From Vitrella brassicaformis CCMP3155 (taxonomy: Eukaryota > Protista > Chromerida): 64,000 nt of DNA. Of the stretch, positions 47,613-59,600 are shown in pieces (the first letter of the stretch is position 1; each line of letters opens with the position of its first letter). Made by a program: the position numbers and the translations under genes. The stretch spans positions 1 through 64,000 of the forward strand of contig CDMY01000791.1 of NCBI GenBank assembly GCA_001179505.1, written 5' to 3'. The notes under the pieces were generated by a model. That model saw nothing but the letters and a program-made list of their open reading frames with translations. It was not told where the DNA came from and ran no database searches.

Positions 47613-48375
47613 GTGACTGCTGGCTGGGCTGTGGGTGTGGGAGAGTGAGATTAGCCACATGACGTCTGAGATGGCTTGCGTCCCTACTGATGTGTCTGTC
47701 ACACAGTAGCTCGTCTCTGCCTGCCTGTGGCTCGTCTCATGGCTCCCTGTGTGTCTGGCTGGTGTTGGTTGGGCGAGAGTATGTCTTTATGCGTTTTATG
47801 TGTTTTATGTGTACCCGTATGAATGCCCCCCCCCATCCATCCATCCAGCCGCGGCCTGTTGGCTGGTCAATCTCTTTCTGCAATGTTATTGAAGATGTTT
47901 CTTCAATGCACATAGTGTAGTGCATGAAAGATTCGTGTCACTCGTGGACTGGTCGGTGCCTGGGTTTTTGTTTTTGCTTTTGCCTTTTTTGTTTGTGTTT
48001 ATTTTTTTGGTGTGTGGGAGCCAGGGTGTATGGAGGCGCTCTCAGCACCAGTCGGTGTGTGGCAGTCGTTTATTCTTGAAGAGTGCTCGTTCATCGGGCT
48101 CTGATCTATATTTGTCACTCTGGCGGGCTCGGTGTATATGGGTGCATGTACTGCATGTGGGAGGTGGAGGGGCAGCCACAGAGAGGGGAGGGGAGGGAGG
48201 GGGAGATGAGTCGTCACAATCCATCTTGGGGGTACACACATGGATGGGATGGACACGGATGGGCTGGACAGAGACACCGACAAGACACTCAAACATATCA
48301 ACGCATCGAGTGGATGATCCATCGCGGCCATTCATCCATCCACCCACCATGGTCATGAACCCTCAACGAATGTCA
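47613..48375 (+). repeat. Direct repeat of about 760 bp, copy 1 (3' flank of member C); copy 2 at about 50196-50965
   Basis: gtgactgctggctgggctgtgggtgtgggagagtgagattagccacatgac... continues collinearly in both copies. Sub-blocks also occur at 376-525 (inverted), 49790-49930 and 4655-4790. Confidence 0.85.
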
Positions 48376-49137
48376 AACAGCCACATCCACCGACATCCAC
48401 CTACCTTTACACCTCACGCACTTAAAGAACGTCTTTGCGCACGAATGCTGTCTCACCATGACGATAGCCCGTGTCTCTGCCATGCCTGTGTATCTCTACG
48501 CACATGCACAAATACTGCACGACCGAGTGCACTTGATTTGTGCGTATACGTTTATTTCGTGGGTCTCTTGTCCAACCGATGCCTACGTGCATGTGTTAAG
48601 TCATTGAGCTACTTCATCCCGCCTCCACAGTGACCGTGTGAATGAGTCTGACTGACACTACGGATTGAAAGCGAGACAGAGACACGTGGTACGTCGGTCA
48701 GACGCATCCATCAGTGGATACACACCACATCGAGGAAGACAAACACTTCCTGCTCATAGACATACACATCGGCTCTACACATATGCGAGAAACAGCAACC
48801 TGATACGTCCGTGCCTTCGAGCACTCATCTGCACCATTAAAGGTCATCGCATCCTCTCTCTGACCCATCGCGACGTTCAGGCGCAGCTGCTATCGCAACT
48901 TCACGCTCTGGTGCCGTGGCTGTGCATGGAGTTAGTGACTAAGTCGCTAAACATATTATCGCGTTTCTGCTCACGTTCCCTCTTCTCGCCTGTCCCGGTC
49001 CAAACGGGTGGGAAGAGAGAGAGAGGACAGATTCCAGCTCCAGATTCGTCCGACTCGTTCCGCTCCAGATCTTCATTCCGCCTTCCTCCCTCAGGTGACT
49101 GTTGTCCTTTGTCGTTTCTCTCACTTGTTCTCCCCCG

Positions 49138-49716
49138 ATGAAGCCGCTTCTGTGCCTGGTTGGTGCCCTCCTGGTGGCCGGTGCTGCTGATGACGTGAAG
49201 CACCCATCCTCCCTGCGCAAGCTGCAGGAGTCGACGGTAAGCAATGCATGACCGCTTGCGCTGCTCTCTAGGCCGCTATGCATGTGCATTCGTGTGTCTG
49301 TCTGTCGCTGTCTTGTCATGTGTGTCTGTCTGCATGTGTCTGTGCAGGAGGGTGATGACGATCCTGAAGTGAGGGCTCTACAACCCGGCCACCACGACCA
49401 CCACCATCCCCCCCCAAGCATCAAACCCGGCCAACACGACCGCCACCATCACCCCCCAAGCATCAAACCCAAACCCGGCCACCACGACCACCACCATCCC
49501 CCCCCAAGAATCAACTTCCACTCCCATGAGGATGACTGTGATTGCTGGTGCGGTGGGGGGTTGCCGGGAAAAGATACCCACGGTAGCCAGCGCACCTACA
49601 ACTGTCCGTGCGAGTGTCGTCATCACTGGCGTATGGGTTGTGACTGCAAGTGTGGCCATCACCACCACGAGGGTCCTTACACCCTCTATCATCCCTGCGA
49701 CTGCACCTGCTACTAG
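49138..49716 (+). CDS. Small secreted His/Pro/Cys-rich protein (family member D), about 155 aa, 2 exons (49138-49236, 49348-49716)
   Basis: MKPLLCLVGALLVAGAADDVKHPSSLRKLQEST, a phase-0 intron, then EGDDDPEVRALQ, three imperfect PGHHDHHHPP repeats and the 12-Cys domain shared with member A. Confidence 0.85.
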
Positions 49717-50195
49717 TGTGTTGTGTACGTCGATGGCAGTCAGGCGATGTCAATCAGGCGTTGCCAGTCAGTCAGTCGAGCTATGGAGGGGAGAGAGAGA
49801 GATAAGCCACATGACGTCTGAGATCCTACTGATCTGATCTGATCTGATCTGATCTGCGGTGGTGTTCCATTCACACAAGTACCTCGTCTCTGTTTGCCTG
49901 TGGCTCGTTTTGTTGCTGTTTGTGTTTCTGGCTGTTGTTGATTGGGTCAAGGGTCATGTGTGTATGTGTATTTGTGTACACCTTATTTTGCCAGTGCCCC
50001 CCTCCCCTGGTGGCTGGCTGCTCTTTGCCTTCAATGTACATCGCCTGTTTCATGACGTATTTGTGTTGCGAAGTGGCAAGCGTCCGTATGGGTGCTTTGT
50101 CCACCGAGCTCTGATCTGATTTGCTGTGCATGACTGGCTGAGTGGATGTGCACATACATACCTGCATGTATTTCATGTGTTACGTATGTGAGTCA

Positions 50196-50965
50196 GTGAC
50201 TGCTGGCTGGGCTGTGGGTGTGGGAGAGTGAGATTAGCCACATGACCTCTGAGATAGCTTGCGTCCCTACTGATGTGTCTGTCACACAGTAGCTCGTCTC
50301 TGCCTGCTTGTGGCTCGTCTCATGGCTCCCTGTGTGTCTGGCTGGTGTTGGTTGGGAGAGAGTATGTCTTTTTGTGTTTTATGTGTACACATATGAATGC
50401 CCCCCCCGGTCCATCCATCCATCCATCCAGCCGCGGCCTCGTGGCTGGTCAATCTCTTTCTGCAATGTTATTGAAGATGTTTCTTCAATGCACATAGTGT
50501 AGTGCATGAAAGATTCGTGTCACTCATGGACTGGTCGGTGCCTGGTTTTTTGTTTTTGCTTTTGCCTTTTTTGTTTGTTTATTTTTTGGGGGTGTGAGAG
50601 CCAGGGTGTATGGAGGCGCTCTCAACACCCGTCGGTGTGTGTCAGTCGTTTATTTCTTGAAAAGTGCTCGTTCATCGGGCTCTGGTCTATATTTGTCACT
50701 CTGGCGGTCTCGGTGTATATAGTTTCATGTACTGCATGTGGGAGGGGGTGGGGCAGCCACGGACAGGGGAGGGGAGAGACGGGGGGAGATGAGTCGCCAC
50801 AATCCATCTGGGGTACACACATGGGATGGACACATGGATGGACACGCATGGGATGAGATAGACAGAGACACCGATGAGACACTCAAATGCATCGAGTGAA
50901 CGATCCATGTGGTCCACATGTATGCATCCATCTACCACGGTCATGAACATTCAACGAACGTCAAC
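50196..50965 (+). repeat. Direct repeat of about 760 bp, copy 2
   Basis: Collinear with 47613-48375. Confidence 0.85.
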
Positions 50966-52091
50966 ATCCCCACTGTGGACACAGAGGCACCTCATGAGGA
51001 AGAAACTGACGACCAGGAGAGACAGAAAGCCATTAACGCGACTGAATGTGGCTACGAGGCGCCGTCTGTCAAGACTCCGGGCTGGTTTGCAATCTCGTCT
51101 CTCAAGGCGCGGGTGCAGCTGAGCGGGGGGACGTGTGGGAGCAAACAGGAGAGGGCCTACACGCATCAGCAGCACGGCCGGAAGGAGCGTCACTCAGGCC
51201 CCGAAGACGTCATTAAATCCGCAGAAGGGATTATGTCTCGTCCACAGAATGTGCCCTCATCGCTGGCTGCGGACGCCCGCTCACTCGCAGCATCGAAGAC
51301 GTTCCTCCAACAAACAGACACCGCCCTTCAGCAGCGCCTCACAGCGACATTTTTGGCGTCACAAGGCAGCACACTCCCCTCCCTTGCTGCTGTAGTGGCA
51401 GACCAAGTCCCCAAGAAGGCCGAGCAGAAGCCACCGTCAAGTCGCCGACTGCCGCCAGGAGTTGGCAGAATCGACGACACGCCCTCACCGGAGGTGCAGC
51501 CGTCGGCAAAGGCGCCAGGCGATGCTTGGCCGGGCACAGCCAGTGAGACAGGAGTTCTCCCGCCTGGCCGTCACCATCCACCGTCGACTGGTGTTGGTGT
51601 TGGGAGTGTTGGGGGTGGCTGGGGGGCAGACTTTCTGAGCCCTCTCCACAGCCACAGTGACGACCTTACCAACTTCTTGTCTGACTCATCGGACGATGGG
51701 AGAGAGGGACGAATGGACAAGGCAACATCCGAACAGACAGACAGCGGCGAGAGCAAGGTACGTACGGTTGAAGTGGCACCAGCAGGCAGGACCTTCGCTC
51801 TTCCTTCCTCCCATCGCGTTTGTGCAGGTCTCCGGCTTGATCAACCGCACGTTGAGTCAGCCTGACCCAGCCACGGCCACCAACAGCAACAGCTCCTCCC
51901 TCGCAGTACCAGCGCTTGACCTTTCATCGATCATCCGGGAGAGGGAGAGGAGCGACGGTTCGGTCCAGCCACCACAGATTCCCGTGCTGCCGCAGACGGA
52001 TGATGACCTGACGCTGAGCGAAAGTGACTGTGCGGACCAGCAGCACGAGTGCTTCACCAGCCGACTCTGCGAGACACACACCGCTGACTGA
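50909..52091 (+). CDS. Hypothetical low-complexity Ser/Pro/acidic protein, possibly 5'-truncated
   Basis: Long open frame 50909-51757, a GT-AG intron, then exon VSGLINRTLSQPDP...ETHTAD*. It begins abruptly inside the end of the duplicated block. Confidence 0.4.
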
Positions 52092-53107
52092 CTCACGTAT
52101 GAGCGAATGGTGGCGCGTGCCCGTACGTGTGGACTTCGCGCAACAGATGAAATCAAAGTTGTCTAAGTACATGCTACGACGTCAGGCCACTTTCACAAGA
52201 GTTGATCACGGATATATTCATTGCTTCATTCATTCAATCGTCCATCGTGTCTCATTAAACTTTTTGTCTCGTTGCTCCCCAGTGTGTTGGTACGGACCCT
52301 CCATCCCTGCATTCAATTGATAGTTCTCGTCAGGGCACGCCTATCGCCAGCACCAGTCAGTCTTTCCGTTCGTTCGTCCCCCGCCCCTTTCGCCACACAC
52401 TGAACAGACACGCGGACAGACATACAGACAGACACATGTACACAGGCAGCCACAGTCGCTCATTCAGTGCAGTGCATGCAGTTCAGCCACCGCACACACA
52501 CTCACCGATCAACAGACAGGCACACACACAAAGGCACCAGCAGTGTGCCGGCAGGTCAGCTAACTTAGATGATAGGAAAAAAAGGCAGACACACAGACAC
52601 ACAGACACACAGACACACAGACAGACAGACAGACAGGGGCGCACCCAGGGCGGCACAGAGGGTCTCTCTCGCTCCCTCCCTCCATCCCTCACTACTGCAC
52701 CACACGCAGCACCTCTATCTCATCCGCCATAGACAGGAATGACCCGCCCAGATAATCAACACAAATCACCCATGGTTCACATCATGCGACAGAAATTGGA
52801 AAACAGGAACACACACACATCCGCCTGGCTGATGATGTTGGCTTAATGGCCAGCTGCTGGATGGGACGATTTGTGGATTGCCGTCAGGTGTAAGTTGGCC
52901 TTTTGTCCGTGCACTGATTCAACCCAAATCACCATGTTGAATTGGTTAAAGCGTCACTCATGCGTACGTTACATGGATGGACAAGCGTCAACGCATGATC
53001 GAACGGGCTGGCAAGACAGACACAAAACACGATATGCGCTTAAATTCACACCATTCCTGCCAACGGCTCGGCCCGTCACCCCACGCATATACCGATACTC
53101 TCATCAA

Positions 53108-54561
53108 TCACAGGATGCGCCTGTCGCTGAGCAGGCTCTTGATGTAGTAGACCTGGAAGGCTGAGACGCCCATCAGCACGATGAACTGGACGGCTGCAAA
53201 CCAGAGGACCCTCTGCTTGGTGCCCTCGACGGCCTTCATGTGAGACCGCTGGCGCACCCACAGGTAGGTCGACTCGGCCTGGATGTCCCGCAGCTGCCGG
53301 TCGATGGTCGACAGGTGGTCCTCCATCGGATTCAGGTGCGTCGGCTGCAAGGCCGTGTCGTTGCCCATCCCCACTGCAAACGTGACCAGCTTCGACTCGA
53401 CCCAGCGGTGGTTGGACACGATGAACGAATAGACACCTGCAATACACGGCAGATACAGAGAGAGCACTCATCTGTCTGTCTGTCTGCCCAACACACATGT
53501 CTGCTCATGTTCTTACCGGCCATTTTGGTTTCGAAGTAGAAGAGTCCCTCCGCCTGCGACTTGTGGTAGATGACGTCGCCTGCGGGGTCGGTGATCTGGA
53601 ACTCCACGTCGGCCTGGTCCTCATCGGCCGACACAAAGTAGCCCCCCCGGATCAACACAGGCTTCTCGCCCACCTCCTCATAGAAATACTCGTCCGACCG
53701 CCCCGCCAGCTGGAAGGTCACCAGCATCTCCGGCACGAAGTTCTGCATCTGGGTCTCCCACTCCTCAATCAAGCTGTCCTCGTGGATGCCCTCGCCCTTG
53801 CCCCCCTCCCCACCGGCGCCCCCCTCGTGCAGGTGCACCTCGTCGTAGTCGTCATGCTTCAGCTCGTCGTCCTCCACAAACGCCGCTGGCTTTGGCTCCT
53901 GCGGTGCCGGGTGGTGTGGTGGCGGCGGCTGTGGTGGCACCTGCTGCTGCGGTTGGTGCTGCTGATAGTAAGAGGCCGGGTCATAGGCCTGCTGTGGTGG
54001 TTGCTGCTGATAGGCATAAGGAGGCTGCTGTGGCGAGCCTGGAGGGACAGGCCGCTGGGGCAGAGGGGGAGGGGGTGGGGGAGGGGGCTTGGCTTGACCA
54101 TAGGGCACCTGCTGCTGTGCAGGTGGTGCAGGGGGAGGTTGGCCTTGCTGCTGCTGCCCTGGCTGTGGCGGCTGTTGATACACCTGCTGCTGACCGGGTG
54201 GGGGAGGGGGAGGGGGAGGCGGTGGTGGCTGGCCGACGCCACCAGGTCCCCCCTGTGGCGGCATGCCGCCCGCCTGCTGACCCTGGGGCGGCATCTGATA
54301 GGCATACTGATACGGATAGCCGCCACCCGGTGCTGGAGGTACCCCTCCTGGAACACCTTGAGGCGGCTGTGGCGGCTGCTGCTGCGCATAATTGACGCCT
54401 CCCATGTCTGGCGCACCATATGGTGGCTGCTGCTGCCCTGGCTGTGGCGGGGGAGGCGGGGGAGGGGCTCGTGGAGGCGGCGGCCCGCGTGGGACTTGCG
54501 CTGTTGAATGCAACACGAGAGTGAGACTCAAGACGAAAGTAAGAGCCACATGCTTCGTCAT
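53108..54561 (-). CDS. p24/emp24/gp25L (GOLD-domain) cargo receptor with long Pro/Gln-rich N-terminal insert
   Basis: Signal MTKHVALTFVLSLTLVLHSTA. GOLD-like VEFQITDPAGDVIY..GLFYF..GVYSFIVSN..KLVTF, a coiled coil, TM VLWFAAVQFIVLMGVSAFQVYYI and tail KSLLSDRRIL*. Confidence 0.88.
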
Positions 54562-54921
54562 AGATGCCTCCCTCGGCGGCCTTCTCGAAGCTTGACAAGG
54601 ACCGTCGGGATCACTTCCTGGTCTCCACATCATCTCAATGCTTGGATCCAATACGCCATAATGACCATGGAACGCGCTGTTCTCTGCCACCGCTTTTGTT
54701 GCTCGAGATCTCCCGCTTCTACCTCTGCGAGCTTAGCGGCGAAGGCGTCAGATCTCGCGCCCAAATTGAACATTCCCCTACACGCGAGGTACGCCTCTGT
54801 GTGTGGCACTGTGTTTATGGTCACCAGACGCATGTTCATTCTCCTGTCTGCAGGCATCTGGGTGAGTTCCTCTGCTGAAGAGCAGACTGAGTGCCATCGG
54901 GTTTCTGCTGTTATCTGCCAA

Positions 54922-55395
54922 ATGAAGAGCCCGAATCCATCACCAGCATCGTATCTCGCGGCCCTTGCGGCAGCCCTGTGCCTCATAGCCCTCTCCCTCC
55001 CCTCAGCCCACTCATTCACCCTGCCCGCACACAAACCCCTTCTGCTTTCAAGACAGCGCATGCCAGCCCGGCATCTACCGACAGTGGTCTTTCAGGAGCC
55101 GCCATCATCACCGGGCTCAGGCGAGGGCAAGCCGAAGGAGATGATAGGGCGCGAGCAGATAACGCGGGAGAACGACCCTGATGACTTCTACCTGACGCGG
55201 GTGGACCAGATGAGTGACAAGGACCGTGCACGTGACCCGGGCATCATCGGTACGCAGTGACTTGGACCTGATAGATCAAGCTGCATGGTTGCGCGGTTGC
55301 TTGCAGGTGTGGCTGTTTTGATAGCGGCGCCGTTCATCTTTGTTCTGTGGGGACTGGCCAGCGGGTTCTTCTTGCAGTTCGGTTCGGGGCCGTAG
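54922..55395 (+). CDS. Small putative plastid-targeted membrane protein, 2 exons (54922-55249, 55307-55395)
   Basis: Signal peptide ending SAHS-F, then a basic transit-like stretch, an acidic segment ITRENDPDDFY and a C-terminal TM IIGVAVLIAAPFIFVLWGLA. Confidence 0.6.
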
Positions 55396-55935
55396 GGGAG
55401 GAGACGAATGGCCTTGGTTATATGTACAGAGAGAGAGAGAGAGGTAACGGGGGTGCGTGTCATCGTGTGGGGAGTGGCGATCTTGTTCTGAGGTCCCATG
55501 AGCAGCTGGCTCGCGATGCGACCCATTTTTGACCAACCACTCGCTCATCTGGATGTATGTGTGTGTCCACAAGTGTTGGGGATGGGTGGTTCGCTGGCTG
55601 CATGGATGTACGTGTGCGCGTTTGTGGGTATACATGATGGTCGACATTGGACTCATGGGCGCATCGACAGATTCCATTAACAGCCGTGCAGGACAGATGC
55701 ACAAATCCCCTGGGCATCCAGCAACCACATAGCACAGTAGGCATGTATGTAATCAGACAGGCGAACGAACAGAACCCACACACTCGGCTTTCGTCTAGCA
55801 CCTAGCTCTCTGTTGTTATTGAGATTGTCTGGAAGTTAGTTACCCCCTCACAGCTTAGCTTGGGAGATGCTCATACCCACAGTGCCCGCCCTCCCCATGT
55901 GAGTCGGTCGGTCAGTCAGTCAGTCAGTCGGTCAG

Positions 55936-58900
55936 TCAGTCATGAAAGTGCAGGAAGGTGCCGTCCTTCATCCATGCGCTGTCTTGACTCCTCAGCAGCT
56001 GAGACGCGCGTCTCTTGGCCTCGGTCTTCATCGAGCTGCTCCGCATCAACTGAGACAGCTTCATCTGGTGCAAATCCTTGTAGCTAGAAGCTGCCAAATA
56101 GACACACGAACACACGCAGAGAGCAGCCCGGCATCCACGCGACGAAAGACAGAGAGGGGGAACCACTGCGTATGTGTCTGTCTGTCTGTCTGTCTCTGTG
56201 TGTGCCCTGACCCTGCATGAGTGGTGGCGACAGTGGCCCAGGCAAGGAGGGGAGGCTCCCTGCCCTTGTGAGCATTCTGTCAACACCAAGGCGCTGCTGA
56301 GCCGCTCTGGCCTTGCCCACTCCTCCCCCATGTGCCGTCAGGTCTACTTTTCTCGACCCCCTCAGGCCAGCCAGGTTGCTATAAACAGACGATGTGCGAA
56401 GGGAGAGGCCGCGCGAAGGGGGCCTGGGGCATGCAGACAGCCGTTGCGAGTGTGTCTCAGGGGTGTGTGTGTGTGTGATTGGTTGACCTGAGTGAGGCCG
56501 AGAGAGGGAGGACGGCAGGCATGTCAATCTTGCCGGGTGGCCCGGGTGGCAGAAGCGGCGCGGGGGCGAAGTGGACACGGCCTGTTAGTCGTGTAGGAAA
56601 GCAACGAAAGAAGCTTTCTTTCCCACATTGGTTGCTTCATGTGAAGACCGTCCTTCGCGACCTTGCTTTGTCTGTTTCTGCTGCTCCTGCTCCATCAGCC
56701 ACTCCCTCTCGTGTCGCCCCTCGCTCGTCTGCGCAGAGCCCGGCCGGCGGGCAACAAGGTTGCTGCGCACGCAGAAAGGGTGCAGTAATGTGATTGACCA
56801 CATGTAGGGCACACCCATTCGGTCTGTCGGTAACCTTGTTGACGTCGGGTCAATGTGCTCTATGGTCCTGCGAAGGCCTGACGTGACATCTGAACAAAGC
56901 CCACGATATGTGTGCGCGTCATGTGTGTCCTCTACTTGCTCTCTCTGCTTACCGTGCACGCCTTTCTTCTGGAACGGTGAGGGCGCGTGCATGGGCAGCT
57001 GCTCTGCGCGCGGGTGGGTCCCGGGCATCACCGTCCGCAGATAGATCGGAACACCCACACGCTCTGCAAACAACATCGGCCCCACACATCCATGTGGGCG
57101 CATGTGTATGTGTATGTGCCGTGTCAATGAGTGCTGACCCCAGTCGCCTCTGGCCGTGATGGCATCGATGGAGATGAAACCCAGCCACTCCCCGCAGCAC
57201 GTGGGCTCGCTGTCGACCATCACCTGCACTGTCGCACCAGGAGCTGCAGACGAGGGGAGGAAACCAGGATACTGATGCATGGAGAGTGGTGCGCATGTGT
57301 GTCTGTATGCCGTGCTTACGCAGCGGTGTGGTCTTGTATGTGACTCTCACGGGGTCGCAGTGCTCCACAGACACATTCAGGTAGCACGAATGGAAGCTGA
57401 TACAATTTCCAAGGAAACGCTTCCTTGCTGCATCATGTTTGGTTACTTGAGGTTGGTGATGTCCATGCGATAGCTCTTTCGCACGTTCCACTGCAGCAGC
57501 AAGCAGCACCACAGACGGACAGATATGCGAAAGGCGTGCTGCTGAGGAGACACGATCATTCAGTCCGTGGTGGCAGACAACGGACCTGTTGGACGCCCAT
57601 GTCTATCCAGGGCCCCTCAAATGCCTCCCATATGGTCCGTTGGTCAAGCCACACGAACCGCCGCTCGATGAACCTCTTCAAAGCGTCGTCGCGCAACACG
57701 TTCAGACGCTTCTCCTCCGGGACCATCAACACAACGCCTGACACACACACATACGGCAAGGCAGGACGAATGTATGTAAGGTGAAGCAGCGTCGATCGAT
57801 GAGTGCATGCCTTTGGGCATTGCGAGGAGGAATGCCCGTTTGGGCATCTCCAAAGGGTTGAATGGGAAGGCTTTGAAGCGGTGGATGTGCGTGTCCCTGT
57901 AGGCATCGAGGAGACGTGCCTTGACAGCCTTGACGTTGTACAGACCCTGACACACATGAGAAGGACAACGAAGGCACCGACGAATAGAGCGAATGCGCCT
58001 GTCCCTTTTTGTCTGAAGGGTCCTGCCTTCGTGCACACCAGCTGTTTGAAGAACATGAGCACCCTGGCGGACCGTTTGTAGTGCTGGAGGTTCCACCTCG
58101 GGTGGCTCATGGCCACGTCCCCAAGCACTGTCAGGTAGTCCACGAACTCATCAAAGGTCACCTTGGCCTTGAACCGGTGGTTCTCATACTCAGGCAGCAC
58201 CGGAGCGATCGTTTGCCACGCCTGACACAGACAGAAGAACACCGTGACGTGAAAGAAGACTCGTGGTGTCTGCTCACTCGTTCCAGCTGCACTTTGGTAA
58301 GCCCGACGGACGGCCCGAACATGTCAAAGTCCCTGGCAAAGTCCAGTATCTCCCTGAAGCACACGTGCCGCTCGTCCAGGTCAATTGGGGCGAAGAAGGT
58401 CCCAGACGCGTGGCCCAGAGCTTCCTCGATTAACTTGGTGTACAAGCGGCTGTAGAACATCCATATCTGCACATAACATTGACAGGCAATCACATACTCA
58501 CATACACACACACGACGACGGCATTGATTATTTGCTCTGGCGGACCAGGAGGAGGCTGCCCGGTTGTGACTGAAACTGCTCCTTCTGCATGATATTCTTG
58601 AAGTCGAAACTACTCAGGTCGAAAAATGTCTTGACGCGCAGGATGGGGCTCGTTCCGTCAGGCGCACTGGCAGACAAACAAAACGGCCTGGCCCTGGAGA
58701 GACACAAATGCAGAAAGAGGGCATATATAATACAGTGAAAGCAGCACAATGCATGCTTTGCAAGTGTGGTGTGTGGGCAAACCGATTTCGCCTGAGGACA
58801 GCGACGTGCTCCGAGAACCTCTGAAAGACGTCGGTGCGATACACGTCAGCCAGGGACGCCAGCATGGCGCTCGTCCTCAAATTCTGTGTGTGACAGTTAG

Positions 58901-59240
58901 ACAAGAGGCAATAAGGACGCAGGGCATTCGATGATCAACTCACCAAGTCATTGTCGGGATCATACGGCTCCCCTCCCTCCCCACAGTACACATCTGTCAA
59001 CTGTGTGGGTCCGGCCTGAAAGCTCTCCCTCCTCGCAGCCACGGTGAGCTGACCATCCAAGAGAGGAAAGGGCTGAGGGGGGGCGGTGGTTTCGTGCTGC
59101 TGTGACGCGCGGAGGTCCACGAGAGTCCGCACACCTTGTGGGAGGGTGGGTATGTCGCCTTCCTCCTCCACTGACTCATCCGCAGCCGCAGCTGAATCTG
59201 ACCCTTGCTGCTGCGATTCGTCATACAGGTCAGTCCCCAT
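55936..59240 (-). CDS. Large multi-exon hypothetical protein (helical EF-hand/p25-like segments; ends approximate)
   Basis: Coherent exons such as REILDFARDFDMFG, KVTFDEFVDYLTVLG, VWLDQRTIWEAFEGPWIDMG and VQVMVDSEPTCCGEWLGFISI, separated by typical introns. Confidence 0.6.
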
Positions 59241-59600
59241 GGATCGAAAGTACGTGTTCAAGAGTGCGTTCGAGTGAGGGCCGCCTTCGACAGCTGCCAG
59301 ACTGGGGGCGACCCGAATTTGTAAACGAACGAGTCAATTCATAACCGAACGACTGACCTCGGTGCCCTCCGCATTGGATGGAATCGCTGTCTAGTCATTG
59401 CTCGGCTCGGCCGTCGCCATGTGCATGTCCTTTGAATCCCGCGGGTTTAGCTCGGGTGCACAGGCCCCCGAGGGGACAATTTTCGTTGCGATCTCGCCAC
59501 ACTCAAAAAGATGGAGCGGCAGACGAGGGCGTCCTCAAAGAGGCCGACGGCATCCAGTGGCGTGACCATTTGCGAGGGGCACAGATCCAAGCCGTGCCGG

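Noticed and set aside
48380-49050. TGCRCNC-like metal-response elements upstream of member D
   Set aside because: TGCACAC-type words are ubiquitous in this (CA/TG)n-rich genome, so they are uninformative without an enrichment test.
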